A stretch of 64,000 bases of DNA from Fibrobacterales bacterium (GCA_051532035.1 JAOPTW010000036.1:1-64000); one strand, 5' to 3'; shown: positions 32,849 through 43,651, counted from the stretch's first letter. The notes: generated from the letters alone by a model not told the origin. Program-made: numbers and translations.

Positions 32849-33517
32849 ATGCTCAACATTAATATAATTACACTCTTCCCCGAAATGTTCCAAGTACTGG
32901 GACATTCAATTATAGGTCGAGCCCAAGAGAGAGAGGTTATTGATTTAAGCCTTATCGACCTCAGGGATTATGCTATTAATAAATATGGTCAAGTTGACAG
33001 CACTCCTTATGGTGGTGAGGCAGGTATGGTACTCAGACCAGAACCTATTGCTGATGCAATAAAAGCATCTCACAAAGAACCTGGTATCGTCGTGTACATG
33101 ACTCCTCAAGGCAAAGTGTTTAATCAAGCTATGGCCAAAGAGTTTGCCAAAGCCGAAAACATCACCATTATATGCGGTCACTACAAAGGTATCGATGAGC
33201 GCGTCTGTGACAAGTACGTAACCCACGAAGTAAGTATTGGGGATTATGTTCTTACCGGCGGAGAACTAGGCGCTATGGTGGTTGTAGACGCAACAACGCG
33301 TATGATTACGGGGGCTCTTGGCAACCAAGACTCGGCAACCTCTGATTCTTTTTATGAAAACCGCCTTGCATGGCCCGTTTATACCCGACCACGTGAATTT
33401 GAAGAGATGAAAGTTCCCGACGTACTCCTTTCAGGCGATCATAAAAAAATTAAACAATGGCAAAATGATCAAAGTATGAAGCGTACTCAAGAAAGACGCC
33501 CTGACCTTCTTAAATAA
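32849..33517 (+). CDS. trmD: tRNA (guanine-N1)-methyltransferase
   Basis: ITLFPEMF, PYGGEAGMVL, CGHYKGIDER, SIGDYVLTGGE and YTRP; ATG at 32849. Confidence 0.97.
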   Translation: MLNINIITLFPEMFQVLGHSIIGRAQEREVIDLSLIDLRDYAINKYGQVDSTPYGGEAGMVLRPEPIADAIKASHKEPGIVVYMTPQGKVFNQAMAKEFAKAENITIICGHYKGIDERVCDKYVTHEVSIGDYVLTGGELGAMVVVDATTRMITGALGNQDSATSDSFYENRLAWPVYTRPREFEEMKVPDVLLSGDHKKIKQWQNDQSMKRTQERRPDLLK

Positions 33518-33706
33518 CTTTTCTTTACAAAAACAGCGATTCTAAGCATCTAACAACATAATTTTATAATTATTGAAATGATTCTATTATTTTAATGAGA
33601 TCTCATATTAAATTCGTGGCATCGGGTGGGATTTTGTTGTAAAATAAATTATATTTGCTTCGTTAGAAAAAAGAGTGACTATTTTTAGTTAAAAGGAATT
33701 TTAACG

Positions 33707-34051
33707 ATGTCAGTGACATTAGAACAAATTAATAAAGAAAATACTAAAGCGGACCTTCCAGGAGTTAGAGCAGGTGATACTGTTACTGTGAACTTCAAAG
33801 TTATTGAAGGTAACAAAGAGAGAATTCAGCCTTTTAAAGGCGTAGTAATTCAGCTCAAAAATGCTGGAATTGCAAAAACTATTACTGTAAGAAAAATATC
33901 TGGCCAAATTGCGGTTGAGAGAATTTTTCCTGTACATTCACCACGTGTTGATTCTATTGTAGTAGAGCGCAAAGGTAAAGTTCGTCAAGCGAAAATTTAC
34001 TACATGCGTGAAAGAAGCGGTAAATCAGCTCGTATTAAAGAGAGAAAATAG
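33707..34051 (+). CDS. rplS: 50S ribosomal protein L19
   Basis: [26 protein letters not shown]...[10 protein letters not shown]...[10 protein letters not shown]. Confidence 0.98.
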   Translation: MSVTLEQINKENTKADLPGVRAGDTVTVNFKVIEGNKERIQPFKGVVIQLKNAGIAKTITVRKISGQIAVERIFPVHSPRVDSIVVERKGKVRQAKIYYMRERSGKSARIKERK

Positions 34052-34084
34052 TAACTATCCAATAGTCACTATTTCAACAAGGGA

Positions 34085-34768
34085 ATGCAAGCTAACGCAA
34101 GAGTCAATTTAATAGATTCTTCAAGCCCGCTTAAAACCGGTCGGCGTAAGATTGTTATTCCCAAAAAAACTTTCAAGACTAATGAAGAACTCTTTGCCGA
34201 AGGTGATGTCGGTAAAGAGCTTTTTATTATTCAGAATGGTGAAGTAGTTATATCTACAGGACATCCTCCGGAAGATATTGAACTAGCCAGACTTGGAAAA
34301 GGTGCTATAATTGGTGAAATGGCTCTTATAGACCGCCAGCCCCGTTCAGCAACCGCTACAGCAACAGAAGCCACTACAGTAACTATCATTAACGAAATGA
34401 CCTTTGCCCTCATGCTTAAAAAGCTACCTGGCTGGCTCACTGCAGTTATTAAGATTATTGATTCTCGTATTAGAAACACCAATAAGATGGTCGATAAACC
34501 ACTCTTTAAAAAAGTGGATAAAAGTCTCGGACTCTTTTTACTCTCTAAATGTAAAGAGGATAGCGAAACAATGAAAGCAAACTGGATGAACTTCGACACA
34601 ATGAAACTTGTGGATGAGTATTGCTATCTGACCCGCGCCAATAAAAAACAGTTTCAGACTGCGATTAATACCCTCAAATTAAAAGGAATATTAATGGCTG
34701 AAGATCGGTATAACCAAAAAATGACAGTTTCGGATATTGAAGAGCTCGAGCAATTCTGCAGCACTTAG
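34085..34768 (+). CDS. Cyclic-nucleotide-binding (Crp-like) protein
   Basis: LFAEGDVGKELFIIQNGEV...GEMALIDRQPRSATA phosphate-binding cassette. Confidence 0.85.
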   Translation: MQANARVNLIDSSSPLKTGRRKIVIPKKTFKTNEELFAEGDVGKELFIIQNGEVVISTGHPPEDIELARLGKGAIIGEMALIDRQPRSATATATEATTVTIINEMTFALMLKKLPGWLTAVIKIIDSRIRNTNKMVDKPLFKKVDKSLGLFLLSKCKEDSETMKANWMNFDTMKLVDEYCYLTRANKKQFQTAINTLKLKGILMAEDRYNQKMTVSDIEELEQFCST

Positions 34769-34913
34769 TACCCCAACCCCTCTCCCACATAAACAACGTG
34801 CCATTGAATGATTGTAGCAATTACTTCTACTACAATCAATATGCAGAAACTCTTCTAGCGTTCAAACTTATTTTTTACTATAATAGAGTATAAGAACATA
34901 TCAGATTTGAGAC

Positions 34914-35891
34914 ATGTCAAAACCAGCAACCAATGCAAGTGGTACTTTTAAAGCGAATGAATATCTCTTTGCCGAGGGTGATATGGGTAATGAGATGTAT
35001 ATTATTCGTAGTGGTGAAGTGTCCATTATCATTAAAGAGGGCGAGAAGAGCGTTACAGTTGCAAGCCTTGGCCCAGGTTCTGTTCTTGGAGAACTTTCAC
35101 TCTTTGACAATGAGCCTCGGTCTGCATCCGCTATGGCCACCCAAGAAACACAAGTGGTTACCATTAATAGAGCCATACTCGAAGCGACCTATAAAAAAAT
35201 TCCACCATGGCTTGTGAGTATCATCAAAATTTTAGTATCACGACTCCGAGACACCACCCATAAAAAATACCAACAAGACTTAAAGCACTGCCTCCCCTCA
35301 CTATTGAGAGTCCTCATTACCCACAAAGGTGAAGAGGAAGTTCTTATATCTCAAATTGTGGCAGAAGTTGAATCCCTCTATGGGCTCCCCCAAGATGGTA
35401 CGCAACGCCTCCTTTCAGGGCTCTACAACGTGAGTCTTATAGACATGGATTCAGATGTTGTTATGGTAAACGACTTTGAAGCTATTGAGATGTATTACCA
35501 ATATCTCTATGCAAGACACAACAATACCCATGTCCCTGAAGAGACTGTAACTACAGAAGAACAGGTTAAAGCGATTGAGTTTTTAAAATACGTTGGCTTT
35601 GAGAAAGGCACAAAGAAAGGTAACGAACTCCAAATTACTATTAATCAATTGGCTCTTGCCCTTAAGAAATCTGACGCCCCCATGGATGAACCTACATTCA
35701 GAGATGCACTCGACACCCTCACCGAAAATGGTGTTGTTCGCGAAGATGTAAAGAGAGTTAAAGCGCTGCACTCCACACACTCCGAAAGTATTATTTGTAT
35801 CGAACCAATACGTTTTGACCGCGTATTTAAATTTCGTGAGTATGTTCCCATTTTTAGAATTACAAATTTCCTCGATCTCTGTAACCCATAA
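34914..35891 (+). CDS. Cyclic-nucleotide-binding (Crp-like) protein with extended C-terminus
   Basis: LFAEGDMGNEMYIIRSGEV...GELSLFDNEPRSASA. Confidence 0.85.
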   Translation: MSKPATNASGTFKANEYLFAEGDMGNEMYIIRSGEVSIIIKEGEKSVTVASLGPGSVLGELSLFDNEPRSASAMATQETQVVTINRAILEATYKKIPPWLVSIIKILVSRLRDTTHKKYQQDLKHCLPSLLRVLITHKGEEEVLISQIVAEVESLYGLPQDGTQRLLSGLYNVSLIDMDSDVVMVNDFEAIEMYYQYLYARHNNTHVPEETVTTEEQVKAIEFLKYVGFEKGTKKGNELQITINQLALALKKSDAPMDEPTFRDALDTLTENGVVREDVKRVKALHSTHSESIICIEPIRFDRVFKFREYVPIFRITNFLDLCNP

Positions 35892-35969
35892 TACTTATCC
35901 CTACAATAAGGGCCTCTAAAAATAATTTTTAGAAAGTCCTCAAGTCAAAGTATAAATCTAGTAGAAAAT

Positions 35970-35997
35970 AAAAAGCCCGAATGAATCCGGGCTTTTT
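35970..35997. terminator. Bidirectional intrinsic terminator
   Basis: AAAAAGCCCGaAT-ga-ATcCGGGCTTTTT between convergent genes. Confidence 0.75.
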
Positions 35998-36034
35998 ATC
36001 AACATGTATTGAACTCGCAAATTATACGATATTA

Positions 36035-39000
36035 TTATTTAACGTAGGCTCTATATCTATTCCCTGAAAATATTCCATTAACAGCGCTCCCTAGAGAGAC
36101 ACCATAGACCTGATATGTAGTGCCATTCATAACAGACTCATGCCCTGGACCAACTGAGTGGAGGTGAGTTGAGCCTGTTACAGCTGAATCAATAACCGTA
36201 AAAGTTACTGGTATAGAATCAGACGTGATACCATCAATACCATTATAGTCAATTGTAATAAGAGCGCCATACATGCCTGGATCCAATTGAGTAGCAGAGA
36301 GCTCTACATCAAGCTGCTGTCCAAGTCCAGGCTCTATTATTCCAGATTCTAGAGAGATGTCAATCCATGATACTGAATCACCAATTGAAACATCCTTTAT
36401 AGAGACTGTATAATTGAGTGCTACTCCACCACTATTGATTAAAGTACTCTGTTGAACAATTGTATTTCCTACAAGTGTTGCACGATTAATTTCATCGTGG
36501 GATAGCTGTAATTCTGCTGCACGATAAGACTCTACTGCAATATCAATTGCAAGGGTATCCATCCCCTCAGCATTACTAAAGAGCAGTAATTGCCCTGAGC
36601 TCCTATCAACCATCAACGGCGTATATTCAACCTGCATCAAATATTCACTATGAGCAGGAATAGTAAGTGGGGTTACGAGTGTATTGGTCACACCACTGAG
36701 CGTACATTGATAATCAGTAATTTGGGTATCACTATTACCGGGGTTTCGTAAAACCACCTCTGTAAAACGAGAGCGACCGAGAGGCACTTCACCAAAGTCT
36801 ATGCTATTTGTTGATACTTCAAGCTTTGGAACAGAAATCGACTCAACAATAAGTGTTACCGGTATGATGACTGGATTCACAGTGTCTGGATCATTATGAT
36901 TAAGCTGTAAATCTACGGTGTAAATTCCATCTGCCATTCCTGCTCTATTAAGAGTTAATGCAATAGTATCGCTCTCCCCTGGTTGAACCACTCCACTCTC
37001 TTGTGAGATATCTAAAAAGTGGGTTCCAGTATACAGTAATACTGATAGAGAATCGTGAAGATATGCCGCGTTATACACAACAGTCAATCCATCGTCCTTC
37101 ATACCATTTTGAATACCAACAGTAGCACTTATAGCATCTCCCTCAACCTTAAGGTAGTTGTATTTTATGCTCCCATTTTTAAAGAGTATCATCTGAAAGG
37201 TATAATCATTAACGGTACCGATTTGCCTTACTGAATCATATTGTACAATGACCCGGTCAGTAAAAGCTTCCATATAGATTGTTCCCGAAATACGGGGAAC
37301 GAGGTCATCCCACAAGCCCGCTACTAGATTTGCTGGAGCGTAACGTGAAGGTAACACAACATTACCTAGTGATGAAAGTCCTACTCCAAAATTTACCGTC
37401 CCATTTGAACTGATATGCATTGTAGAAAAGCGATCTCCATACAACTCAAATTCAAAAGGAAGAGGTACTGATTGAAAGCAGTCATCACACGTGGAAATTG
37501 TATCAAGAACCACACCACTCCCACTGATATCCTGCCAAGTAAAAGGAATTCCTGAATTGGCATCTGAGTCTTCCCACAGATACCCATAGGCGTCTGGCCC
37601 ACCAGTACTTACTGCAATAGGATTACCAAAAACGGAGTCCGTCCCCCCTTTGGGAGTCGGTCGATGCCATGAATCCGGATATACCTGAGTAATCGAATTT
37701 GAAGGAGCATAGTGAGTATTTATCATATCGAGCTGATATTGTAACGGAGCTATTCCATCATTGGTAATAATCAAAGAATCCTTATAGATTTCATCCGAGA
37801 GCACCATTGCCTCTACCATACTCTTTGATAGTACTAGCTTTGGAGGTTGCATCCCTTCACCACCAAGGTTCACAACAATCTCTGGATTATTATCAGCATT
37901 ACTCCGAATAGTTAATTCACCATACTCTTGTTGAAATACTGTTGGTGTGAAGGCAATCTTGAGACTATAATCTCCCTGACTCGGAACAGTAAGTGGAAGT
38001 TGATCTACCACACTAAAATGACTATTTGAGCTCGTTATAGAATGAACGGTTGTTGCGTAAGTTCCACTATTTCGCAAAGTAATTGCAATGGTGTCGGTTA
38101 TGCCGATAGCGACGGTATCAAAGGCTATTGAATCTTGAAGTGCTTCAAGGTACGATGTTTGTGCAACGCCTCCTATCCCCACCGCAGCCCATGCTGCCTG
38201 TACCTGCACAGAGCTATACCCAAGTGATGTTGCTGCAAGAATCCATGCATCGCGTGAATCAGCATAGTTTGCATTACTTGAAAGGTTATACATATTTGCA
38301 TGCATTGCAATTTCACCTGCTTGCTCAATACCCATACCGGTAACGGTATAAGGAGTTCCATTATTTACTCCGGTACCACCCTCAGCGAGTAGGTAAAATA
38401 CATAATTCTGTACGCCACTATTGGTATGAACACCACCATTATCACCACTTCCTGTGTACCAGTAAGGGCCTTGATAAAATTGCGGCTGGCTAAAACGGGT
38501 AGGGCTTTTCATATCTCGAAGTGCAGCCCTGCTGACCCAACTATCTTCACCGATCAACCAATCAGAATCACCACCTTGACTTTGGGGATATTCATGCCGA
38601 CCATCATTTTGTGCATAAAACTCAATGAGTGCACCAATGATATCTGAAAAGGATTCGTTCAATGCACCTGACTCATAAGAGTAGGCTAAATTTGATGAGT
38701 ATGTAGTAATTGCATGTCCATATTCATGTGCAGCAATATCAAGTACGGTCAATGGATTTGCAGTAGTCCCATTGCCATCACCAAAATAGAGCCCTGACCC
38801 ATTCCAATAGGCATTCACATAATTGGTACCCGTATGAACATGGCAGTGTATTATTGTTCCATTATCATCATAGCTATCTAACCCCATAACAGTGGAAACA
38901 TATTCTTGAATTGTTTCAATGTTTTTGGCTAATGAAATCGCTGCAGGATCACTCACTCCCCAATCATCACTTGAATTAAATTCCCAATCATTGGTATTGT

Positions 39001-39826
39001 CGTTGGTGATTTTCCATTTATTGAGCGCGTTATAAAGATAGTAGTTCGTATATACATCAATCCATCCTTCGATACTGACTCTCTGCCCCGCTTCATCAGG
39101 AAGCATAGTACCCTGTACTGTGTGAGTTTGCCCCCCACTTGGTGCAGCATGAATTATCTGATTTTCAATAAAAAGCTCTTCTCCAGTAAATGCATCAACA
39201 TAAACTTTCCAACGCCCCTCTACCGCTGTTGTCGTATCACTAAACGTTCTTTGCCACGCTACCACCCCATCAAAGACAGTCAACTCTTCTGACTCCATAT
39301 GCATTGTTTCATTGCTAAAACTTCCGACCTGGGGTCCATTTGCACTCATCAATATTTTAAATAAGTTCACTTCAAGGTCGAGGTTTTTTGCTACTCCCCC
39401 TGAAACGGCATACACCTTATTTTCACTATTGATGTGCACAATGATGTCGCCACCAATGACGGGAATATTTTTGAATCGCTGCTGTAAGCGAATATGAGTA
39501 TTACCACGCTTATCTTTTTTTGTCGAGATTTCTTCCATTATAGAGAAGTGATCAGCTAATTGAGTATTGAGACGCTCAATTACTTCTCCTTTGATCTCTC
39601 CATTTAATGAGACCATTCGAGCCATGATTGATTCTCCTGTACTTTTAAGATCATCAATCGTCACTTCCGTTAAATTTTTAAGCCCTTTTTCAAATGGGTT
39701 GTTCGTTAAAAAGGGTACTGTACTCTCTTCTTCCGGTGTAACCGCCCATGTTGTCTGCATAGTAATGAGTACTATACAAACAACATACCACAATACGGAA
39801 AAATGAAATTGTCTGAATATTTTCAT
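36035..39826 (-). CDS. Secreted M4 (thermolysin-like) metallopeptidase with propeptide and several Ig-like (ASH-type) domains
   Basis: FTP-type propeptide, NAYWNG, AAHEYGHA, GALNESFSD and GGVHTNSG; C-terminal beta-sandwich repeats. Likely start MKIFRQ at 39826 (RBS AAGGA). Confidence 0.92.
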   Translation of the reverse strand: MKIFRQFHFSVLWYVVCIVLITMQTTWAVTPEEESTVPFLTNNPFEKGLKNLTEVTIDDLKSTGESIMARMVSLNGEIKGEVIERLNTQLADHFSIMEEISTKKDKRGNTHIRLQQRFKNIPVIGGDIIVHINSENKVYAVSGGVAKNLDLEVNLFKILMSANGPQVGSFSNETMHMESEELTVFDGVVAWQRTFSDTTTAVEGRWKVYVDAFTGEELFIENQIIHAAPSGGQTHTVQGTMLPDEAGQRVSIEGWIDVYTNYYLYNALNKWKITNDNTNDWEFNSSDDWGVSDPAAISLAKNIETIQEYVSTVMGLDSYDDNGTIIHCHVHTGTNYVNAYWNGSGLYFGDGNGTTANPLTVLDIAAHEYGHAITTYSSNLAYSYESGALNESFSDIIGALIEFYAQNDGRHEYPQSQGGDSDWLIGEDSWVSRAALRDMKSPTRFSQPQFYQGPYWYTGSGDNGGVHTNSGVQNYVFYLLAEGGTGVNNGTPYTVTGMGIEQAGEIAMHANMYNLSSNANYADSRDAWILAATSLGYSSVQVQAAWAAVGIGGVAQTSYLEALQDSIAFDTVAIGITDTIAITLRNSGTYATTVHSITSSNSHFSVVDQLPLTVPSQGDYSLKIAFTPTVFQQEYGELTIRSNADNNPEIVVNLGGEGMQPPKLVLSKSMVEAMVLSDEIYKDSLIITNDGIAPLQYQLDMINTHYAPSNSITQVYPDSWHRPTPKGGTDSVFGNPIAVSTGGPDAYGYLWEDSDANSGIPFTWQDISGSGVVLDTISTCDDCFQSVPLPFEFELYGDRFSTMHISSNGTVNFGVGLSSLGNVVLPSRYAPANLVAGLWDDLVPRISGTIYMEAFTDRVIVQYDSVRQIGTVNDYTFQMILFKNGSIKYNYLKVEGDAISATVGIQNGMKDDGLTVVYNAAYLHDSLSVLLYTGTHFLDISQESGVVQPGESDTIALTLNRAGMADGIYTVDLQLNHNDPDTVNPVIIPVTLIVESISVPKLEVSTNSIDFGEVPLGRSRFTEVVLRNPGNSDTQITDYQCTLSGVTNTLVTPLTIPAHSEYLMQVEYTPLMVDRSSGQLLLFSNAEGMDTLAIDIAVESYRAAELQLSHDEINRATLVGNTIVQQSTLINSGGVALNYTVSIKDVSIGDSVSWIDISLESGIIEPGLGQQLDVELSATQLDPGMYGALITIDYNGIDGITSDSIPVTFTVIDSAVTGSTHLHSVGPGHESVMNGTTYQVYGVSLGSAVNGIFSGNRYRAYVK

Positions 39827-39863
39827 CTTTAATTCCTTGTTAACTGGTTTGCGTAACTGTTTG

Positions 39864-42605
39864 TTACTCAACAATAATCCACTGTAAATTTATTTTGAGC
39901 CATGTAGAACCGTCAAGAGTATTCACACAATAAGTTCCTATAGCTGCAGTTACTCCAAGGTTATTAGGCTCTCCTGCTACTTCTAACACTGTTGGCACTG
40001 TCGCTACTGAACTTGGTGCTGTAAGTGAATAGGGTGATGCTGTCATTGGTGTACGAGGAGAAAGAACATCAGGAGTTCCATCGTTAACAGTAAGTTCCAC
40101 CCAGATACGAGCATTATTACTCACTACTTGCTGGAGGTTGACCGTTGCTACTCCTTCACCAAGGCGCACTACAAAGTGACCATTGCTCACTGTAATTGCT
40201 TCACCATTACTCTCAAGAAAATTTTCTGTATAGAGAATATTTCCTCCCGCTTCAGCAGTAAAGAGAGATACAGAAAAGTCAATATTTACAGGAACTGGAT
40301 TCCCAAGTGGCGTTCCATTTGTATCATAGAGCTCACCTGCAATTGCAATTTTTTTATTTTCAGGAACTGTTGCTAATACTGTAAGAAGAACGGTATTTGT
40401 AGTATCTGAACCAAGAGTGTTCGTTACTATAGCAAAAAAGTGGGTACTATCATCAGATCTCTGGAGTATTGGAGTAGTATAGCTCTCTGATACTGCTCCT
40501 GTAATAGCAACACCCTCTCTATACCATTGATAAGACAATGGCCCTGTACCCGTAGCAACAAAGTTAAACAGTACTGCTTTGCCCTCTTTAGTCGTTTGAG
40601 AAACTGGTTCGGTTATAACTACTGGTGGTACCGGGATCGTTGATACTAAAAGAGTGGCATCATCACTCACTACTAATCCTGCAATGTTAGATACTGTAAC
40701 AGAGTAGCGGGTACTATCATCAGCAATTGTTGCTGCGGCTGAAATATATTGAGCACTGGTTGCACCTGCTAAAGCTATTCCATTTTTATACCATTGATAC
40801 TGAACAGAAGAACCAACAGCACTGACACTAAAAGTAGCCATTCCACCAACGAGTACGCTTTGATCTTGAGGTTGTGCTGTTATAACAGGAGCAATAGCAT
40901 TAATAGTGATTGTTACTACGGCGCTATTTGAGTATGTCGTTGCATCCTTTGCTCTATAAGTAAATGAATCAACGCCTGCATAGTATTGATCAGGAGTATA
41001 AGTAAATGACCCGTCACTATTAAGAGCGAGACTTCCATGGGCTACGTCATTGCTGAGTTCAACAGTTAATAGATCAGTGTCGACATCAGTATCATTACTG
41101 AGAAGCCCTGGAGCATTAACTGTTACTGTACTATTTTCGGAAACGGTAACTGCATCATTTGACGCTACCGGCGCATCATTTTGACCCGCGATATCAAATA
41201 CAACAAAGGCGATATTTGACGCATCTGTACCATCATAAGCAGTATATGAGAAGCTGTCTAGACCAAAAAAGTTTACATCTGGAGAATAGGAAAATGAACC
41301 ATTCGACTGAAGCTGTACTGTACCGTTATGAGCTGGTGATACAAGAACCGCAGTCAAAGCATCTCCCTCTAAATCACTGTCATTTGCAAGAACGCCCGAA
41401 GCAGCAACAACAAGTGTAGAGTCTTCATGGAGAGAATAATGGTCATGTGCAGCAATAGGTGCATCATTCACAGAAGTTACTACCAGTTGAACCACTACTG
41501 TATCAGTATATGCCACACCATCAAATGCACGATAGCTAAACTGAGTTGTTCCGTGCCAATCTGTTACAGGGCTATATTCAAAAGAGCCATTACTATCAAG
41601 AATAAGGACACCAGAGGTAACCGCTGATACTAATTCTACTGTTAATCGATCATTATCAGGATCGGTATCATTACTCAATACGCCTGGAGCTCCTACAGTG
41701 AGAGTATTTTCTTCTAATGTTGAGTAAGAATCTGAAAGTCCAGTAGGTGCATCATTGACTCCATTAACCGTTAAGCTAACCGTTACAGGGCCTGAATAAG
41801 CAATACCATCAAAAGCGCGATAAGAGAATGAGGTTGCTCCAAAAAAGTTATGATCAGGTACAAATACAAATGAGCCATTACTATTGAGGGTCACTGTTCC
41901 GTTTGCACTCTGTTGTGTAATAGATGCCGTTAATGCATCACCATCATCATCAGTATCATTGCTCAAAACACCCGAACCATTCACCGTAAGAGAGTGGTCT
42001 TCATCTACAGAATATGATTCACTGCGAGCAATTGGTGCTGTATTACCAATTCCCGAAGCTTCTATATGATTAATACGGTGCTCCATAGCAATAAAGCCTG
42101 GAGCTTTATATTCCAGCTTCAATGATGATACGGCGTTGAGATTAGCACCAAAGTCTTTGAGCGGAATAGTAACATCAGACATTGATCCACGAAGTGAGCC
42201 ATAGTCACCCAAAATCACGCTATGCCAGCTCCCATCATAGAGACTTACATGAAGATGTTCTGCAACATCTCGGGGAGCGCTACTGGTCATAACAAGATCT
42301 GCAAGACCAGAAAGGTCCGGTACACCCATTTGAATGACACCAGTCTTACCATTGGTACCACCCCAAAGGTACACATAGCCAACTGTTCCCCCTTCAATAT
42401 TTACATTATTAAACCCATTACGGGTCATAGGAAGTCTATGAGGAGTAGTCTTTAGGCCGGTCCAATCTTGTGCACTATTAAAACTATTAATAATTACTGG
42501 ATTTGCATAAACTTCCATCACTGCTAAACATAAGAACATTAGAATTATTAGATACTGTTTAGAAAATAGGTTGAATGTATCGGTATTGTGTGCTTTCTTT
42601 TTCAC
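39864..42605 (-). CDS. Secreted protein with four cadherin-like (tandem-95/Big_9) repeats, two Ig domains and a C-terminal fibre-adaptor-like module
   Basis: Signal peptide, 4x N(D/T)AP...GVL.ND.D.D.D.LT repeats and 2x P.IT.QP...YQWY..G Ig domains. Confidence 0.85.
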   Translation of the reverse strand: MKKKAHNTDTFNLFSKQYLIILMFLCLAVMEVYANPVIINSFNSAQDWTGLKTTPHRLPMTRNGFNNVNIEGGTVGYVYLWGGTNGKTGVIQMGVPDLSGLADLVMTSSAPRDVAEHLHVSLYDGSWHSVILGDYGSLRGSMSDVTIPLKDFGANLNAVSSLKLEYKAPGFIAMEHRINHIEASGIGNTAPIARSESYSVDEDHSLTVNGSGVLSNDTDDDGDALTASITQQSANGTVTLNSNGSFVFVPDHNFFGATSFSYRAFDGIAYSGPVTVSLTVNGVNDAPTGLSDSYSTLEENTLTVGAPGVLSNDTDPDNDRLTVELVSAVTSGVLILDSNGSFEYSPVTDWHGTTQFSYRAFDGVAYTDTVVVQLVVTSVNDAPIAAHDHYSLHEDSTLVVAASGVLANDSDLEGDALTAVLVSPAHNGTVQLQSNGSFSYSPDVNFFGLDSFSYTAYDGTDASNIAFVVFDIAGQNDAPVASNDAVTVSENSTVTVNAPGLLSNDTDVDTDLLTVELSNDVAHGSLALNSDGSFTYTPDQYYAGVDSFTYRAKDATTYSNSAVVTITINAIAPVITAQPQDQSVLVGGMATFSVSAVGSSVQYQWYKNGIALAGATSAQYISAAATIADDSTRYSVTVSNIAGLVVSDDATLLVSTIPVPPVVITEPVSQTTKEGKAVLFNFVATGTGPLSYQWYREGVAITGAVSESYTTPILQRSDDSTHFFAIVTNTLGSDTTNTVLLTVLATVPENKKIAIAGELYDTNGTPLGNPVPVNIDFSVSLFTAEAGGNILYTENFLESNGEAITVSNGHFVVRLGEGVATVNLQQVVSNNARIWVELTVNDGTPDVLSPRTPMTASPYSLTAPSSVATVPTVLEVAGEPNNLGVTAAIGTYCVNTLDGSTWLKINLQWIIVE
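40899..42044 (-). repeat. Four tandem ~96-aa cadherin-like coding repeats
   Basis: Units begin NTAPIARSESY, NDAPTGLSDSY, NDAPIAAHDHY and NDAPVASNDAV, each with a NGSF/DGSF turn; diverged at DNA level. Confidence 0.85.
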
Positions 42606-42838
42606 GGATTTATCCCCTCAAATTGTGTAGACCATTTAATGCCAGTATATACCCATTCTTTATGTTTATATACCGCACATTGCAATTGTGTCGGTCAGTT
42701 ATTTACCCCAATGCACATATGACTGCCTGTGTGTGAGTAGTCAAGGCCCCCTAAGAGTAGAAAGAATTTAGTTGTTCAAAAACGAGTAACCCATTAGTTT
42801 ACACTATCCTTGTACTGAAATGTTTACATTTAGTTCAT

Positions 42839-42872
42839 AAAAAAAGTCAAATAGAGATACTATTTGACTTTT
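42839..42872 (-). terminator. Intrinsic terminator
   Basis: AAAAAAAGTCAAATAG-agata-CTATTTGACTTTT. Confidence 0.7.
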
Positions 42873-42928
42873 AAAATTTTGAAACAGAGTAAGAATGCCA
42901 TCTATTTAAGTTATTAGAGCTATTGGTT

Positions 42929-43651
42929 CTATTCCATGCTTTTTATCATGATAATATCGAGAAGCTCATCGTTTGCGGCTTGTGGGCCCATCACTCCTTC
43001 ACTCGTTTTGGAGTATGTATTTTTCATAACATTCAATGTGTAATTTTGGGCTGTTGAAAAATCGAGATTGAGAAATATGTTTTGCATATAGAAGTCCACT
43101 AGTGATTTAGTGTCAGATACTGCTACTTCAATAGCTTCGTTCTCACTTTCAGGTTCAAGCTTATTAAGGTTACTTACATCAAGAGTCCCAATGTAAACAG
43201 CTTTGGAACCATCCGGAATCCGCTTAAGCATAAAGCCGAGGCTTCTCAATACTTCTTCTTTAGGCCCTGGCATATGATCTATACCTTGTGGCTGATTCAG
43301 TAAAATATTTTCATTATATTCCTTTACCTTTGATCCATAAAAGTTTATAGAACGCATGAGGAGCTGATTTCCCGTTACCTTTTGAATAAAGTAGAGAGTA
43401 TCTATTTTATGAGTCTCTGCATTACGGGTGTAATAGGTATTGCACTCTGTCGTTACTCCTCCTGGCTTTAAATTAGTAGTATACAATAGCTCTACACGTG
43501 GGTCTGCATATGAAAGCCCTGTTAATGCACCATAAACAATAGTATCTACAGAACCAAGGTCGTTATAGGTTATGTTAGGGTTAATGGTGCTCGAACAGTG
43601 AGAGAGAATGAGTATGAGTGAACATACATAGAAAGTGCGCATAAGAGCCAT
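42929..43651 (-). CDS. Hypothetical lipoprotein
   Basis: RBS AAGGA and a hydrophobic N-terminus ending LSHC-SS; no family recognised. Confidence 0.65.
   Translation of the reverse strand: MALMRTFYVCSLILILSHCSSTINPNITYNDLGSVDTIVYGALTGLSYADPRVELLYTTNLKPGGVTTECNTYYTRNAETHKIDTLYFIQKVTGNQLLMRSINFYGSKVKEYNENILLNQPQGIDHMPGPKEEVLRSLGFMLKRIPDGSKAVYIGTLDVSNLNKLEPESENEAIEVAVSDTKSLVDFYMQNIFLNLDFSTAQNYTLNVMKNTYSKTSEGVMGPQAANDELLDIIMIKSME

Noticed and set aside
33561..33612. Fur/PerR-like sequences (TTGAAATGATTCTATTAT; AATGAGATCTCAT) upstream of rplS
   Set aside because: Only a partial match in very AT-rich DNA, in an unlikely target context.
33674..34075. AGTGACTATT before rplS complementary to AATAGTCACT after it
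   Set aside because: A 10-bp AT-rich match; the downstream copy is explained by a local hairpin at the rplS stop.
40899..42044. Repeated units as a CRISPR array or DNA tandem repeat
   Set aside because: They are diverged protein-domain repeats inside an ORF, with no identical direct repeats or spacers.
42721..42760. TACTCTT.GGG...CACACACA resemblance to 46113-46136 as a shared ncRNA
   Set aside because: Short match with different spacing and no shared structure; probably chance.
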